64,000 bases of DNA from an uncultured Pseudomonadales bacterium (lineage in GTDB: Bacteria; Patescibacteriota; Microgenomatia; UBA1400; MFAQ01), in the NCBI GenBank assembly GCA_964487665.1, contig CAZARR010000004.1:816-64815 (forward strand). Direction: 5' to 3'. Below, in pieces: positions 56,521 through 64,000 of the stretch. Every line of letters begins with the position of its first letter. Position 1 is the stretch's first letter. The translations under genes were made by a program, and so were the position numbers. The notes under the pieces are model-generated. The model searched no databases, was not told the DNA's origin, and worked only from the letters and a program-made list of their open reading frames with translations.

Positions 56521-57693
56521 TTAAAAGTATTTTTTGTTTTGTAATTCTCTAGGTAGGAGGGATGTAGTGGTATACATCTCGTAACCTTTACCATACCCTA
56601 GGCTTTTCATTAACCTAGTGGGGGCGTTACGCAAATTCATGGGGATTGGTAAGTTACCCAATAGTTTTACATCGTTTTGGGCAGAACGAAAAGCATCGTA
56701 GGCAGATCGGTCTTTTTTTGACTGGGAAAGGTAAATTGTTCCGTAGGCTAAGTTGATGGAACACTCAGGATATCCAATGACCTCGCAGGCGCGAAACACC
56801 TCATTGGCAACGACTAATGCGGTTGGTTGGACGACACCTATATCTTCACTAGCGAAAATGATCATACGGCGGGCGATAAATAGAGGGTCCTCGCCCGATT
56901 CGATCATTCGGGCCAAGTAATAAATAGCTGCGTTTGGGTCACTGGCTCTCATCGATTTTATAAAAGCAGAAATGGTGTTGTAATGTTCTTCGCCCTGTTT
57001 GTCGAAACGTAGGTGTTTTGACTGGAGAGTATTTTTAAGCGACTCAATAGTAATTTCAGAATAAAGCGAACTGGTATTTTCGAGCATTGTTATAGCCTGG
57101 CGGGCATCGCCGTTGGCCATGGAGATCAACCAGTCTCTGGCTTTTTTATCAATTGAAAACTTGGTAGTACGATTCTGATTCAGTTCTTTGATTGCTCGAG
57201 AGATGACTTGTGACATTTCATCAGACTTTAATTCGTGCAATACGAAAACTCGACAACGAGACAGGAGAGGTGAGATTACCTCGAAACTGGGGTTTTCTGT
57301 GGTAGCACCGATTAATATAATCGTGCCACGCTCGACGTAGGGCAAAAGATAATCTTGCTGCGCTTTGTTGAAACGATGAATTTCGTCTAGAAACAAAACT
57401 ATCGGATTGTTCATCTTTGATGATAGGTCAATAATATTTTTGATGTCTGCCTTACCGGCAGAAACGGCCGAAAGTTCGGCGAATTTAGCGCCTATTTCGG
57501 ATGCATAAATTCGACCAAGAGTGGTTTTCCCTACCCCTGGTGGACCCCAAAAAATCATAGAAATAAGCTGTTTGCGTTCAATTGCCAAGGTCAGAGGCTT
57601 GCCCACACCAACTAGATGATTTTGACCGATAAAGTCGTGGATCGAAGTGGGTCTAATTTTTGCCGCTAATGGCTCGTATGATTTAATAGACAT
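56521..57693 (-). CDS. rarA: Replication-associated recombination protein A (AAA+ ATPase)
   Basis: PLAAKIRPTSIHDFIGQNHLVGVGKPL...WGPPGVGKTTL...LFLDEIHRFNKAQQDYLLPYVERGTIILIGATTENPSFEV...NGDARQA aligns along the full length with MgsA/RarA. Confidence 0.85.
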   Translation of the reverse strand: MSIKSYEPLAAKIRPTSIHDFIGQNHLVGVGKPLTLAIERKQLISMIFWGPPGVGKTTLGRIYASEIGAKFAELSAVSAGKADIKNIIDLSSKMNNPIVLFLDEIHRFNKAQQDYLLPYVERGTIILIGATTENPSFEVISPLLSRCRVFVLHELKSDEMSQVISRAIKELNQNRTTKFSIDKKARDWLISMANGDARQAITMLENTSSLYSEITIESLKNTLQSKHLRFDKQGEEHYNTISAFIKSMRASDPNAAIYYLARMIESGEDPLFIARRMIIFASEDIGVVQPTALVVANEVFRACEVIGYPECSINLAYGTIYLSQSKKDRSAYDAFRSAQNDVKLLGNLPIPMNLRNAPTRLMKSLGYGKGYEMYTTTSLLPRELQNKKYF

Positions 57694-57743
57694 GTTCGGG
57701 TTTTTTCCGGCAGCTTGAGTCTAAACGAGAGAGTGTAAAAAGT

Positions 57744-58214
57744 CTAGTTTGTCTTTGGGTCGATGGTGATGTCGTAGTCGAGCTGGGGGGAAATGGGGTC
57801 TGGTAGACTGGGGTTAAAATCTTGGATTGTCTGACGAAGTGGCTCGTAAGCCGAGTAGAATTTGATAATTGGGGTGGGGGTGATTGTGGGTATCTTGGGG
57901 GTGGTGTAACCATTATCTTTGACTCGTTGGTTTAGGGATGTTCCAAGTGATACACCAATGTACAACACAACTAGGATAGTTAGTATGGGAATAACAATCT
58001 TTAAGATCGGGAACCGACTAAAGACGCTAACCTTGCCCCATTGGGTAGAAAGCTTTGAGAAAAGAACTTGTTTGGCAAGAATAAGTTGGGCCAGTATCTG
58101 ATTGAGTCCAGTTTTATCTAACGACATAATTTTTGTCCAGATCAATAATGCGATCAACGAGATGACTTTGAATTGACTGAATTGGCGGTAGTTTGGCTCC
58201 AAATTTGGAGACAA
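57744..58214 (-). CDS. Hypothetical small membrane protein
   Basis: 156 aa with 2 TM helices and a Pro/Thr-rich tail. It overlaps the upstream gene by ~100 nt, so the true start is probably the internal ATG near 58127. Confidence 0.3.
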   Translation of the reverse strand: MSPNLEPNYRQFSQFKVISLIALLIWTKIMSLDKTGLNQILAQLILAKQVLFSKLSTQWGKVSVFSRFPILKIVIPILTILVVLYIGVSLGTSLNQRVKDNGYTTPKIPTITPTPIIKFYSAYEPLRQTIQDFNPSLPDPISPQLDYDITIDPKTN

Positions 58215-58920
58215 TACTTGGGCTCACGATAGTGTCCGGTTGGGTCGTTTGAAGATCGGTTAAAAGTTTCTCAATCGCTAGGTTGTTTTGGCCGAGGAGG
58301 CGGTCTGATTCTGATAGACCACTTGCAACTAAGGGTAGGTCTTTGCTCGGAGCTAGGCTTGTACGGAGCTGCTCTAAAGATTGTCCCAGATCTAAAGAGA
58401 TTCTCATCAGTTGAGTCACTTTGTTGATTATTTGGGCGCGATTCAGAGTGGAGAGTCTGGCGGATTGACTGGCGTTATATTCCTGGTTATATATGACTAG
58501 ATCGTTTTTTGTTTGGATTGAATTGGCTCTTTGAGCATAAGTCTCATAGTCTTTTATAAGCAAATTTAATTCGTTGATGCTATTAATAGTTTGAATGTGG
58601 TTAACCCGCGAGCGGCCTATTGATTCGAGGAGGATACGACAAAAACTAGACATAGTAAGTTCGCGGGCAATCAACGTATTCCTACCAGCAATCACGCTTT
58701 TTTGTTCATTTTCGAGAGTATTGTTTTTGCGATAGTCACCTCGAAATAGAATAAACTCGGAATAACTACGGCGGTATTGTTCGAGTTGAAATTGAAAATC
58801 TGATTGTGGACTGTTGTCTGGCTGGGGCAAGGAAGTACCTTGGGCATAGACCTGGCTGGGCACGCCTAGGAAAAATATAAATAGGGAAATTAATTTGAGG
58901 AGTCTGAACATTTTAAACAT
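58114..58920 (-). CDS. Secreted hypothetical protein
   Basis: It has a signal peptide MFKMFRLLKLISLFIFFLGVPSQVYAQG and a Q/N/S-rich, coiled-coil-like body; 268 aa. Confidence 0.4.
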   Translation of the reverse strand: MFKMFRLLKLISLFIFFLGVPSQVYAQGTSLPQPDNSPQSDFQFQLEQYRRSYSEFILFRGDYRKNNTLENEQKSVIAGRNTLIARELTMSSFCRILLESIGRSRVNHIQTINSINELNLLIKDYETYAQRANSIQTKNDLVIYNQEYNASQSARLSTLNRAQIINKVTQLMRISLDLGQSLEQLRTSLAPSKDLPLVASGLSESDRLLGQNNLAIEKLLTDLQTTQPDTIVSPSIVSKFGAKLPPIQSIQSHLVDRIIDLDKNYVVR

Positions 58921-59176
58921 AGAAAATTAAGGCTAGGCAACAGACCAATCCGACTAAAGCGACAGAGAAATATTCTGCAATTATTTCTGGGTAAAAAGTT
59001 TTTTCGGTAAGGTGATGAAACATACCCCAAAGGACGTAAGATAAAGAAAAGACACTGACAATACTCACCAGGGCAGGTCGGTTGCCGGTAAAATAGACGA
59101 CGCCGAGAAGACATATCGACGACATGGCGACCAGGACGATTTGATGACTGAGGTGGGTTAAGGGTATTTTTTTCAT
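58913..59176 (-). CDS. Hypothetical small membrane protein (2 TM)
   Basis: The start is taken at MKKIPLTHL (59176), directly after the upstream stop at 59173. The track gives a longer 126 aa version overlapping the CAP-domain gene. Confidence 0.3.
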   Translation of the reverse strand: MKKIPLTHLSHQIVLVAMSSICLLGVVYFTGNRPALVSIVSVFSLSYVLWGMFHHLTEKTFYPEIIAEYFSVALVGLVCCLALIFYV

Positions 59177-60039
59177 AGAACCAAGCCAGGCTTGGCAAAA
59201 ATGATAATAGCAATAATCGTAATTAAAAAGGTTACGTGAGCCCAATTCTTTCCCGATATCCTGATTATGTTGGCTCGAAAAACTATAAACCAATCGAGCA
59301 ATAAGGTGAAGACCAACACTGCTGTGATTGAGATCGAAATTGTCTGAGAGACCTGATGTGGCGAAATTCTAGATTGAATTGGTGTGGGAGTTGGCGAAGG
59401 GTATTGTGTCTGGTCTGTTGCGTAAGCCTGAGCGACTAAGGCCGGTTCGCGAGTTTGGGTGGTGGGGTTAGAAGAGCGACTAGATCCGAACATTTGAACT
59501 ACCAAAGTGGTTGATACGCCATTTAACTCACCGTTTACCACGGCGACACCAATATCGTGATAATTTTGACTAAGGAGATTTTTGCGGTGGCTATCAGAAT
59601 TCATCCAGGCCGTAACAACATCGGGGGCATTGTTGAAGTCACGGGCCAAATTTTCACCCGCCTGGAGATAGTTGTACCCGGTGTTAGTAATAAAATACCA
59701 TGGTTGTGTACCATCGGGGGCATTGTGGGCCCAGTAGCCTCTGGCAAACATATCTCTGGCTTTTTCTTGCGCAGCTCGTGCGAGTTGAGAGTTTTGTCTG
59801 AGCTCTGAAAGTCCGTGATTGTGGCGTTGTATGTTGGAAAGCTGGATAATATCGGTTGAACTGATTGAGGTGGCATATCCAAGAATGTTTGGCCGGGTTT
59901 TTTGGACTAACAAAAGTCCGCCCTGGGAAGAAATGATGAGTAGACAAAAAACAAGCAGTGATCTGAAGTGAAGTATCTTTGCTTTGTGATTATTGTGAGG
60001 ATGTGGAATAAATAAACCACAAAATAAATTGAATCGCAT
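59173..60039 (-). CDS. CAP/SCP/PR-1 domain protein, membrane-anchored at both ends
   Basis: HNHGLSELRQNSQLARAAQEKARDMFARGYWAHNAPDGTQPWYFITNTGYNYLQAGENLARDF...AWMNSDSHRKNLLSQNYHDIGVAV are the CAP motifs (HN, GEN, the HxxN region). It has an N-terminal TM/signal, a Pro/Thr/Gln-rich linker and a C-terminal TM helix. The start is taken at MRFNLF (60039). Confidence 0.65.
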   Translation of the reverse strand: MRFNLFCGLFIPHPHNNHKAKILHFRSLLVFCLLIISSQGGLLLVQKTRPNILGYATSISSTDIIQLSNIQRHNHGLSELRQNSQLARAAQEKARDMFARGYWAHNAPDGTQPWYFITNTGYNYLQAGENLARDFNNAPDVVTAWMNSDSHRKNLLSQNYHDIGVAVVNGELNGVSTTLVVQMFGSSRSSNPTTQTREPALVAQAYATDQTQYPSPTPTPIQSRISPHQVSQTISISITAVLVFTLLLDWFIVFRANIIRISGKNWAHVTFLITIIAIIIFAKPGLVL

Positions 60040-60046
60040 CAATTCA

Positions 60047-60247
60047 TTATCGCAAATTTTTGTCTTTGGGCAACTGATCAAATGTCAGCTGTATGGGTCC
60101 GGGGAAAATTATTGTGGCTTTGGCCTTGTCAACTTGGTAGTGGACATTAACCTCTGAACCAGAATGAATGCCAAATATTCTGGCCATTTTTGCGGGAATT
60201 GTGATCGCCAAGGAGTTGCCAACACGAACTATTTTTTGTGGATGCAT
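60047..60247 (-). CDS. AbrB/MazE (SpoVT-AbrB) domain small DNA-binding protein
   Basis: 66 aa. IVRVGNSLAITIPAKMARIFGIHSGSEVNV is a swapped-hairpin beta-barrel signature. Its start overlaps the stop of the upstream regulator gene. Confidence 0.5.
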   Translation of the reverse strand: MHPQKIVRVGNSLAITIPAKMARIFGIHSGSEVNVHYQVDKAKATIIFPGPIQLTFDQLPKDKNLR

Positions 60248-60828
60248 TAATGGTGGAGTTTGATTTCGTCCCCAACTAAGACAACGAGGGGTTGGTTGAG
60301 AACTTGTTGGATAAAGGGGTCTCGCCGTTCTTTTCGATAGTTAAATTCGTCCTCAGTCATGGCAGAGTAATTAACTGAACTACCTGTTTCTTGTTCGTAG
60401 GTGGAAATGAGGTTAGCCAGTTGGGGCATAATAATGTCCCCTATTATCATCAAGTCGACATCTTCTGCCTCGCGAGGGTTACCTCGTAGGAGCTCTTGCG
60501 AGACAAAGGCGTATTTTATAAACCCAAGCTTGCCTTCGTATTTGACAATAGTCTTACCGAGACCAGTGCTTTTGGCAACCATACTAAGAAGTTCTGGGAA
60601 AAATGGGTAGCCTTGGTTGAGATAATAGTAAGATCGATTCCCCCTTTTTTCCTGTTTAACAACACCAACCGATTGGAGGTGTATTAATTCACGCCGAACT
60701 GCGTTTATTTCTTCGTCTAGCATCCGGGTCAGTTCGCGAACGTAATACATCTCCTTGGGTTTTTCAAAAAAAACAGATAGAAGTTTTGATCTGACCCTCG
60801 AAGTGATAAAATCCCCCAGCTTCGCCAT
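60247..60828 (-). CDS. Winged-helix transcriptional regulator with a C-terminal minimal nucleotidyltransferase-like domain
   Basis: The N-terminus KLLSVFFEKPKEMYYVRELTRMLDEEINAVRRELIHLQSVGVVKQEKRGNRSYYYL is wHTH. The C-terminal KYAFVSQELLRGNPREAEDVDLMIIGD resembles the MNT motif hFGSxARGxxxxxSDIDL. Confidence 0.45.
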   Translation of the reverse strand: MAKLGDFITSRVRSKLLSVFFEKPKEMYYVRELTRMLDEEINAVRRELIHLQSVGVVKQEKRGNRSYYYLNQGYPFFPELLSMVAKSTGLGKTIVKYEGKLGFIKYAFVSQELLRGNPREAEDVDLMIIGDIIMPQLANLISTYEQETGSSVNYSAMTEDEFNYRKERRDPFIQQVLNQPLVVLVGDEIKLHH

Positions 60829-60861
60829 GGGTGCTATTGTAACGCTAAGTTAATTAAATGT

Positions 60862-62094
60862 TTAGCTAAAGGTCACTTTTGAGGTTTTGGGTAAGATTTC
60901 TACCCAAACCTTCCCTGGTTGCATAACCATTTCCTTACCCTTTGCATCAAAATAGATTGTTCTTGATTTTTGATCAAGTTTTTTCCATTTTATTTCCAGA
61001 ACGCTTCCCTTGGTAAAATAGAGAGCTTTGCCCTCGCCAATTACGGAATAGAACATGTGTTTGTGTTCGTCCAGGGGTCCTTCCTCAGTGACAAACTGAG
61101 TGATAACGTTTTTAGCAGAGATAGTTTGTTTTGTCTCGAAGTCAACATGTGGAGAACCCCCCATGTTACGAAGATAGGTACCGGTTTTTTGGTCGTAATT
61201 CCAAATCACATCAAAATCTTTGTATCCCTCCCAAAATGAAAGGTTAACGGTGTTAGCCGGCTTGGAATTGGGGTCTGGCTGAGTTTGAGTATCAAACTTC
61301 CAGGATTTGAAACCTGAGATCCAAGAGGTGCCATTGGTCATGGTAGCGGCAAAGCCTCGTTTTTCGGCTTCTTTCCATAGCTTCTCGAGGTTGCCCACCA
61401 TTGTGTGTTCGGTAGCTGGATTTTGGTCAGGTCCGAGACGGTTGTAATCTCGCGTAAGCGAGGGCGCGCTGCCATCGGCTGTCGTGTCGAAATCATTACC
61501 CCCACGTTTTCGCCAGCCCAGCTTTCCTAGCTCCTCGATGGCTAAGGCCTTTTTGTTGGTAGTGCAAACACCAGAACCGTCTGGGGCGCTACAGTTTGCT
61601 CCGCCTACGTGAACATAGAATGGTTGGTTGTATTCGGCTGCTATATTTACAAAATAAATACGGGCACTACGTACTGGAGCAACCTTACCCAATGATAAAG
61701 AAGCATCGCAATAATAAACACCCATGAAGCGGGTAATCCCCCCTTCTGCAATAGCTTCGTAGACAATGTCGGCATAGGAAAGACCGGACTGTGGACGAGC
61801 ATCGGGGTGATTTTCAATCATCGTAAGGATGGGACGACGCTTTTCCCAGGCTAGCAAATGGGTTTTTGTGTAGAGCTCACCATTAATCGGGCAGGGTTCC
61901 GTCTTTGGTTCGTTTGGGTTGATATTGGAAAAACCGTTGGTTGTTTTTGGTGAACCGTCCGATGAGGTTGGTGAGATTAGCTCAGATGGTTGAGCTTTTG
62001 AAATTGAAGTGAAGAAGAAAAAAGATACACCCGCACTAATGAGATAAAACGCTATAAGGGTGGTGAGAGATTTAAGTTTTTTTCTTGAGTTCAT
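60862..62094 (-). CDS. DUF3048 domain protein (YerB-like secreted/lipoprotein)
   Basis: RPILTMIENHPDARPQSGLSYADIVYEAIAEGGITRFMGVYY is the DUF3048 N-domain signature. An N-terminal TM/signal follows the start, taken at MNSRKK (62094). Confidence 0.55.
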   Translation of the reverse strand: MNSRKKLKSLTTLIAFYLISAGVSFFFFTSISKAQPSELISPTSSDGSPKTTNGFSNINPNEPKTEPCPINGELYTKTHLLAWEKRRPILTMIENHPDARPQSGLSYADIVYEAIAEGGITRFMGVYYCDASLSLGKVAPVRSARIYFVNIAAEYNQPFYVHVGGANCSAPDGSGVCTTNKKALAIEELGKLGWRKRGGNDFDTTADGSAPSLTRDYNRLGPDQNPATEHTMVGNLEKLWKEAEKRGFAATMTNGTSWISGFKSWKFDTQTQPDPNSKPANTVNLSFWEGYKDFDVIWNYDQKTGTYLRNMGGSPHVDFETKQTISAKNVITQFVTEEGPLDEHKHMFYSVIGEGKALYFTKGSVLEIKWKKLDQKSRTIYFDAKGKEMVMQPGKVWVEILPKTSKVTFS

Positions 62095-62551
62095 TATGAT
62101 TTTGTTGCGCTTGTCTGACCACTTCAGCTTCCTCTTTGGAAAGTGCCTGACCTGAAGATTTGCCGCAGTCGATTTTCTTGGCGTAAATTCTAGTCGACTC
62201 ACGACTATGTAAAGAGCTTATCACAACTCCACTATTGTTTGCATCTAACAACGCCAAAACAAAACTTTGGTCACCTCCGGTGTCGGTGAAAGGATTGAAT
62301 CTGGTAAACCCAACTTTTTGTAAATATTTCTTGGAGTTTTCATTTTCGATAATAAGTTGTTTTTTTATTTTTACGACCTGATCAGAATTATCCTGCCCTA
62401 ATGATATAAGATGATTGAGACTAGAGATTAGGTCTTTTTTGTTTACTCCTGAGGTTAAGTTGCGATAGTGGAGGTATAGCAACAACAAGGCGGTGCTGAC
62501 GATACCTAACCAGGAACCAATAATTATCAAGGCAAGTGACTGAATGTTCAC
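62072..62551 (-). CDS. DUF4446-like membrane protein
   Basis: 159 aa. One N-terminal TM helix, then VGFTRFNPFTDTGGDQSFVLALLDANNSGVVISSLHSRE. It has a GTG start. Confidence 0.45.
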   Translation of the reverse strand: MNIQSLALIIIGSWLGIVSTALLLLYLHYRNLTSGVNKKDLISSLNHLISLGQDNSDQVVKIKKQLIIENENSKKYLQKVGFTRFNPFTDTGGDQSFVLALLDANNSGVVISSLHSRESTRIYAKKIDCGKSSGQALSKEEAEVVRQAQQNHNELKKKT

Positions 62552-62582
62552 AGTTTTGATTTTAGCAAATTTTCAACCAGAC

Positions 62583-62611
62583 TTGACAAGTGACTCAAGG
62601 CTAACTATGCT
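62583..62611 (+). promoter_or_regulatory. Sigma-70-type promoter for the DUF5679 mini-gene
   Basis: TTGACA (62583-62588), a 17-nt spacer, then TATGCT (62606-62611). An AAGGAGGTG Shine-Dalgarno site lies at 62667-62675, about 8 nt before the ATG at 62684. Confidence 0.4.
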
Positions 62612-62683
62612 TGCGGTAGGTTCAGAGCCTGGCAATAGCTATTAATATCAATGGCTCTTGAAAATTAAGGAGGTGAATATAGA

Positions 62684-62824
62684 ATGCAAATGTACTGTGT
62701 AAAATGTCGAGCGAAAAAAGACGTAACGAATTTTGAAACTGTTACCATGAAGAATGGAAAGAAAGCTGCTAAAGCGGTTTGTCCTTCCTGTGGCACCAAG
62801 ATGTTTAAAATTGGGGTTAAGTAA
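62684..62824 (+). CDS. DUF5679-like zinc-ribbon small protein (46 aa), not in the ORF track
   Basis: MQMYCVKCRAKKDVTNFETVTMKNGKKAAKAVCPSCGTKMFKIGVK has paired CxxC motifs (CVKC...CPSC). It has a strong Shine-Dalgarno site upstream and a terminator downstream. Confidence 0.55.
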   Translation: MQMYCVKCRAKKDVTNFETVTMKNGKKAAKAVCPSCGTKMFKIGVK

Positions 62825-62833
62825 CAGTAAGTA

Positions 62834-62877
62834 AGCCCGGGCTTGTTTTATTTAACTTAAAACAGCCCGGGTTTTTA
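62834..62877. terminator. Rho-independent terminator hairpin, likely bidirectional
   Basis: AGCCCGGGC (62834-62842), a loop, then GCCCGGG (62865-62871) followed by TTTTT. It sits between the convergent DUF5679 gene and the 62875..63567 gene. Confidence 0.5.
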
Positions 62878-63567
62878 CTTGTCCCGAAGATTGTTTTTGT
62901 ACCAGTTTTCGAGAATGTTTTTGACTAGGTCTTTTGAGCCTAGCCCCACGCTAAGGCCAAAAGCAATAGCAAGCGTGGCGACAAAACCGATGAATAGTAT
63001 ATTAATAAAATTTTCTGCTATGCCCAATTGGGACATCGCAGCCAAAGCAGCAAAAGTTACCACGGTATAACTACCCGCTTTGGCCATAGTACGGCTAAGT
63101 GTTAGATCGATTTTCTGGAGGGAGACCTTGATTACTTTCTCGACAAAACCTCCAACAATAACCCCAATGGTGAGGATCAGAATTGCCGCTAGAATTTTGG
63201 GGATGGAACTTAGCAGGCTGATTAAGATAATATTAAGAGTGCGAATTTCAAGTAGATTAAGTGCTGTAATGGTAAAAAGAATTAGGATGGAATATCGGAC
63301 AATTTCTCCTATGAGGCTATCAATGGTATGAGAGATATTAGAATTTTGTAAAAATTCGCGAAAAGTCGCCGAAAAGCCTAATTTGGATAATTTGAGTGGG
63401 GTAAGAATCTTGAGTGTCAGACTCTTCATCCACCGGGAGAGGTAAACACCCATATAAAATACTACTAGGGCACTTGCTAGCGTTGGTAAATATGAAAGCA
63501 TGCTCGCGGACAAAGTGCTAAGAGCTGTGCCAAGCGCACTGACAAATACAGACATAATAGGGTTCAT
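62875..63567 (-). CDS. Polytopic membrane protein with repeated TM helices (conserved-TM-helix type; possibly small-channel related)
   Basis: 230 aa with 5-6 TM helices and internally repetitive hydrophobic segments. No catalytic motif was found. Confidence 0.35.
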   Translation of the reverse strand: MNPIMSVFVSALGTALSTLSASMLSYLPTLASALVVFYMGVYLSRWMKSLTLKILTPLKLSKLGFSATFREFLQNSNISHTIDSLIGEIVRYSILILFTITALNLLEIRTLNIILISLLSSIPKILAAILILTIGVIVGGFVEKVIKVSLQKIDLTLSRTMAKAGSYTVVTFAALAAMSQLGIAENFINILFIGFVATLAIAFGLSVGLGSKDLVKNILENWYKNNLRDK

Positions 63568-63599
63568 AAGACAAAGCTAGCACGTAGATGGTAAAATGT

Positions 63600-63935
63600 C
63601 TAGGTTGCTCTAGGTTCGAGAAGACGCCTTGGCTTCGTGCTAGGGAGGAAAGTCCGGACAGCAAAAAGAAAGAGTGACCCGGGAAACGGGGTTTCTCTCG
63701 GAGTGATTCGAGGGACACGATAGGGCCACAGAGACGAATAAGGTGAAACGGTATTGATTGCAATGTCAATACGCCTTAACTAGGTAACTAGATAAGGTCG
63801 GTAACCCGCCTCGCTGCAACCTCTGACCTGAGTAGTTTGGGTTTCTTTTCCCAGCCTCTTGATTGGGGCCTACTCTAAAATTGAGGGCACAGATAGATGT
63901 CTTCTTTGAAACAGAATCCGGCTTACGAGACCTGG
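63600..63935 (+). ncRNA. rnpB: RNase P RNA (bacterial, type A-like)
   Basis: The universal motifs are present: GGAAAGTCCGGAC (P4 5' strand), AAGGTGAAACGGT (P10-P11 junction) and ACAGAATCCGGCTTAC (P4 3' strand). The 5' CTAGGTTCGAG and 3' GAGACCTGG can form P1. The ends are approximate and the 3' end may extend. Confidence 0.75.
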
Positions 63936-64000
63936 GGCAACAATCAACTAGACAATTTCTGGCTGTTTTTTGTCGAAGTTGTAGTGGAGGTGAGTATAGA

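Noticed and set aside
60047-60247. Possible toxin-antitoxin pair (AbrB/MazE-like antitoxin)
   Set aside because: No MazF/PIN/other toxin-like partner is adjacent. The flanking genes are a wHTH regulator and a CAP-domain protein, so this is more likely a small transcription factor in an operon.
63518-63769. 83-aa minus-strand ORF
   Set aside because: It overlaps the RNase P RNA gene, whose conserved P4 and P10-11 motifs are unambiguous. The ORF is antisense noise.
1-64000. CRISPR arrays, transposases/integrases, prophage or defense-system genes
   Set aside because: There are no direct-repeat/spacer periodicity, no transposase or integrase motifs, no inverted terminal repeats, and no nuclease/helicase/methylase combinations. 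The only AAA+ ATPase is RarA. The window is a native glycosylation island, not an obviously mobile one.

Overview
This 64 kb window is low-GC (roughly high-30s % by eye) and almost gene-saturated, with very few non-coding gaps. Many stop/start overlaps (ATGA-type), GTG/TTG starts and weak Shine-Dalgarno sites are present. It looks like a small-genome Patescibacteria/CPR-type bacterium, but this cannot be proven without a search. Positions 1-50.9 kb are one continuous, mostly minus-strand glycosylation island. It contains 11 family-2 glycosyltransferases (GT2) and 2 GT4 enzymes. Several of the GT2 look like polyprenyl-phosphate sugar synthases (DPM1/GtrB-like); one is fused to a GtrA-like membrane domain and another sits next to DUF2304. 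It also contains a Wzx-like flippase and about 23 large polytopic membrane proteins. About 19 of these fall into recurrent paralog families that resemble lipid-linked-sugar (GT-C fold) transferases: three PIG-V/GT76-like, four PMT/ArnT (GT39)-like with an SDEAxxGYN motif, one 'DHPP' GT-C, and four PTPS-related-like proteins (three in tandem). There are also four members of an ArnT-like 'DEARD...GPxYYY' family, two members of a 'GHD...HLSLI...LDLYFR' family (one fused to a ~500 aa extracytoplasmic domain), and one YfhO-like protein. The last ~13 kb is housekeeping plus envelope genes. It encodes trmD, an Elp3 homolog (radical-SAM plus GNAT) divergently paired with a Trm9/ALKBH8-type methyltransferase, a SurA-like chaperone and a SagB/nitroreductase-like protein. 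It also encodes an ASCH/DUF3850 protein, an HhH-GPD DNA glycosylase and rarA. A wHTH regulator / AbrB-like / CAP-domain-protein operon, DUF3048, DUF4446 and a DUF5679 zinc-ribbon mini-gene (own promoter, Shine-Dalgarno site and terminator) follow. An RNase P RNA gene sits at the right edge. No CRISPR array, transposase, integrase, tRNA or rRNA was seen. The most notable content is the Elp3+Trm9 pair, which looks like a eukaryote/archaea-type mcm5U34 tRNA-modification pathway in a bacterium, and the extreme paralog expansion of GT-C-like membrane glycosyltransferases with paired lipid-sugar-donor GT2s.
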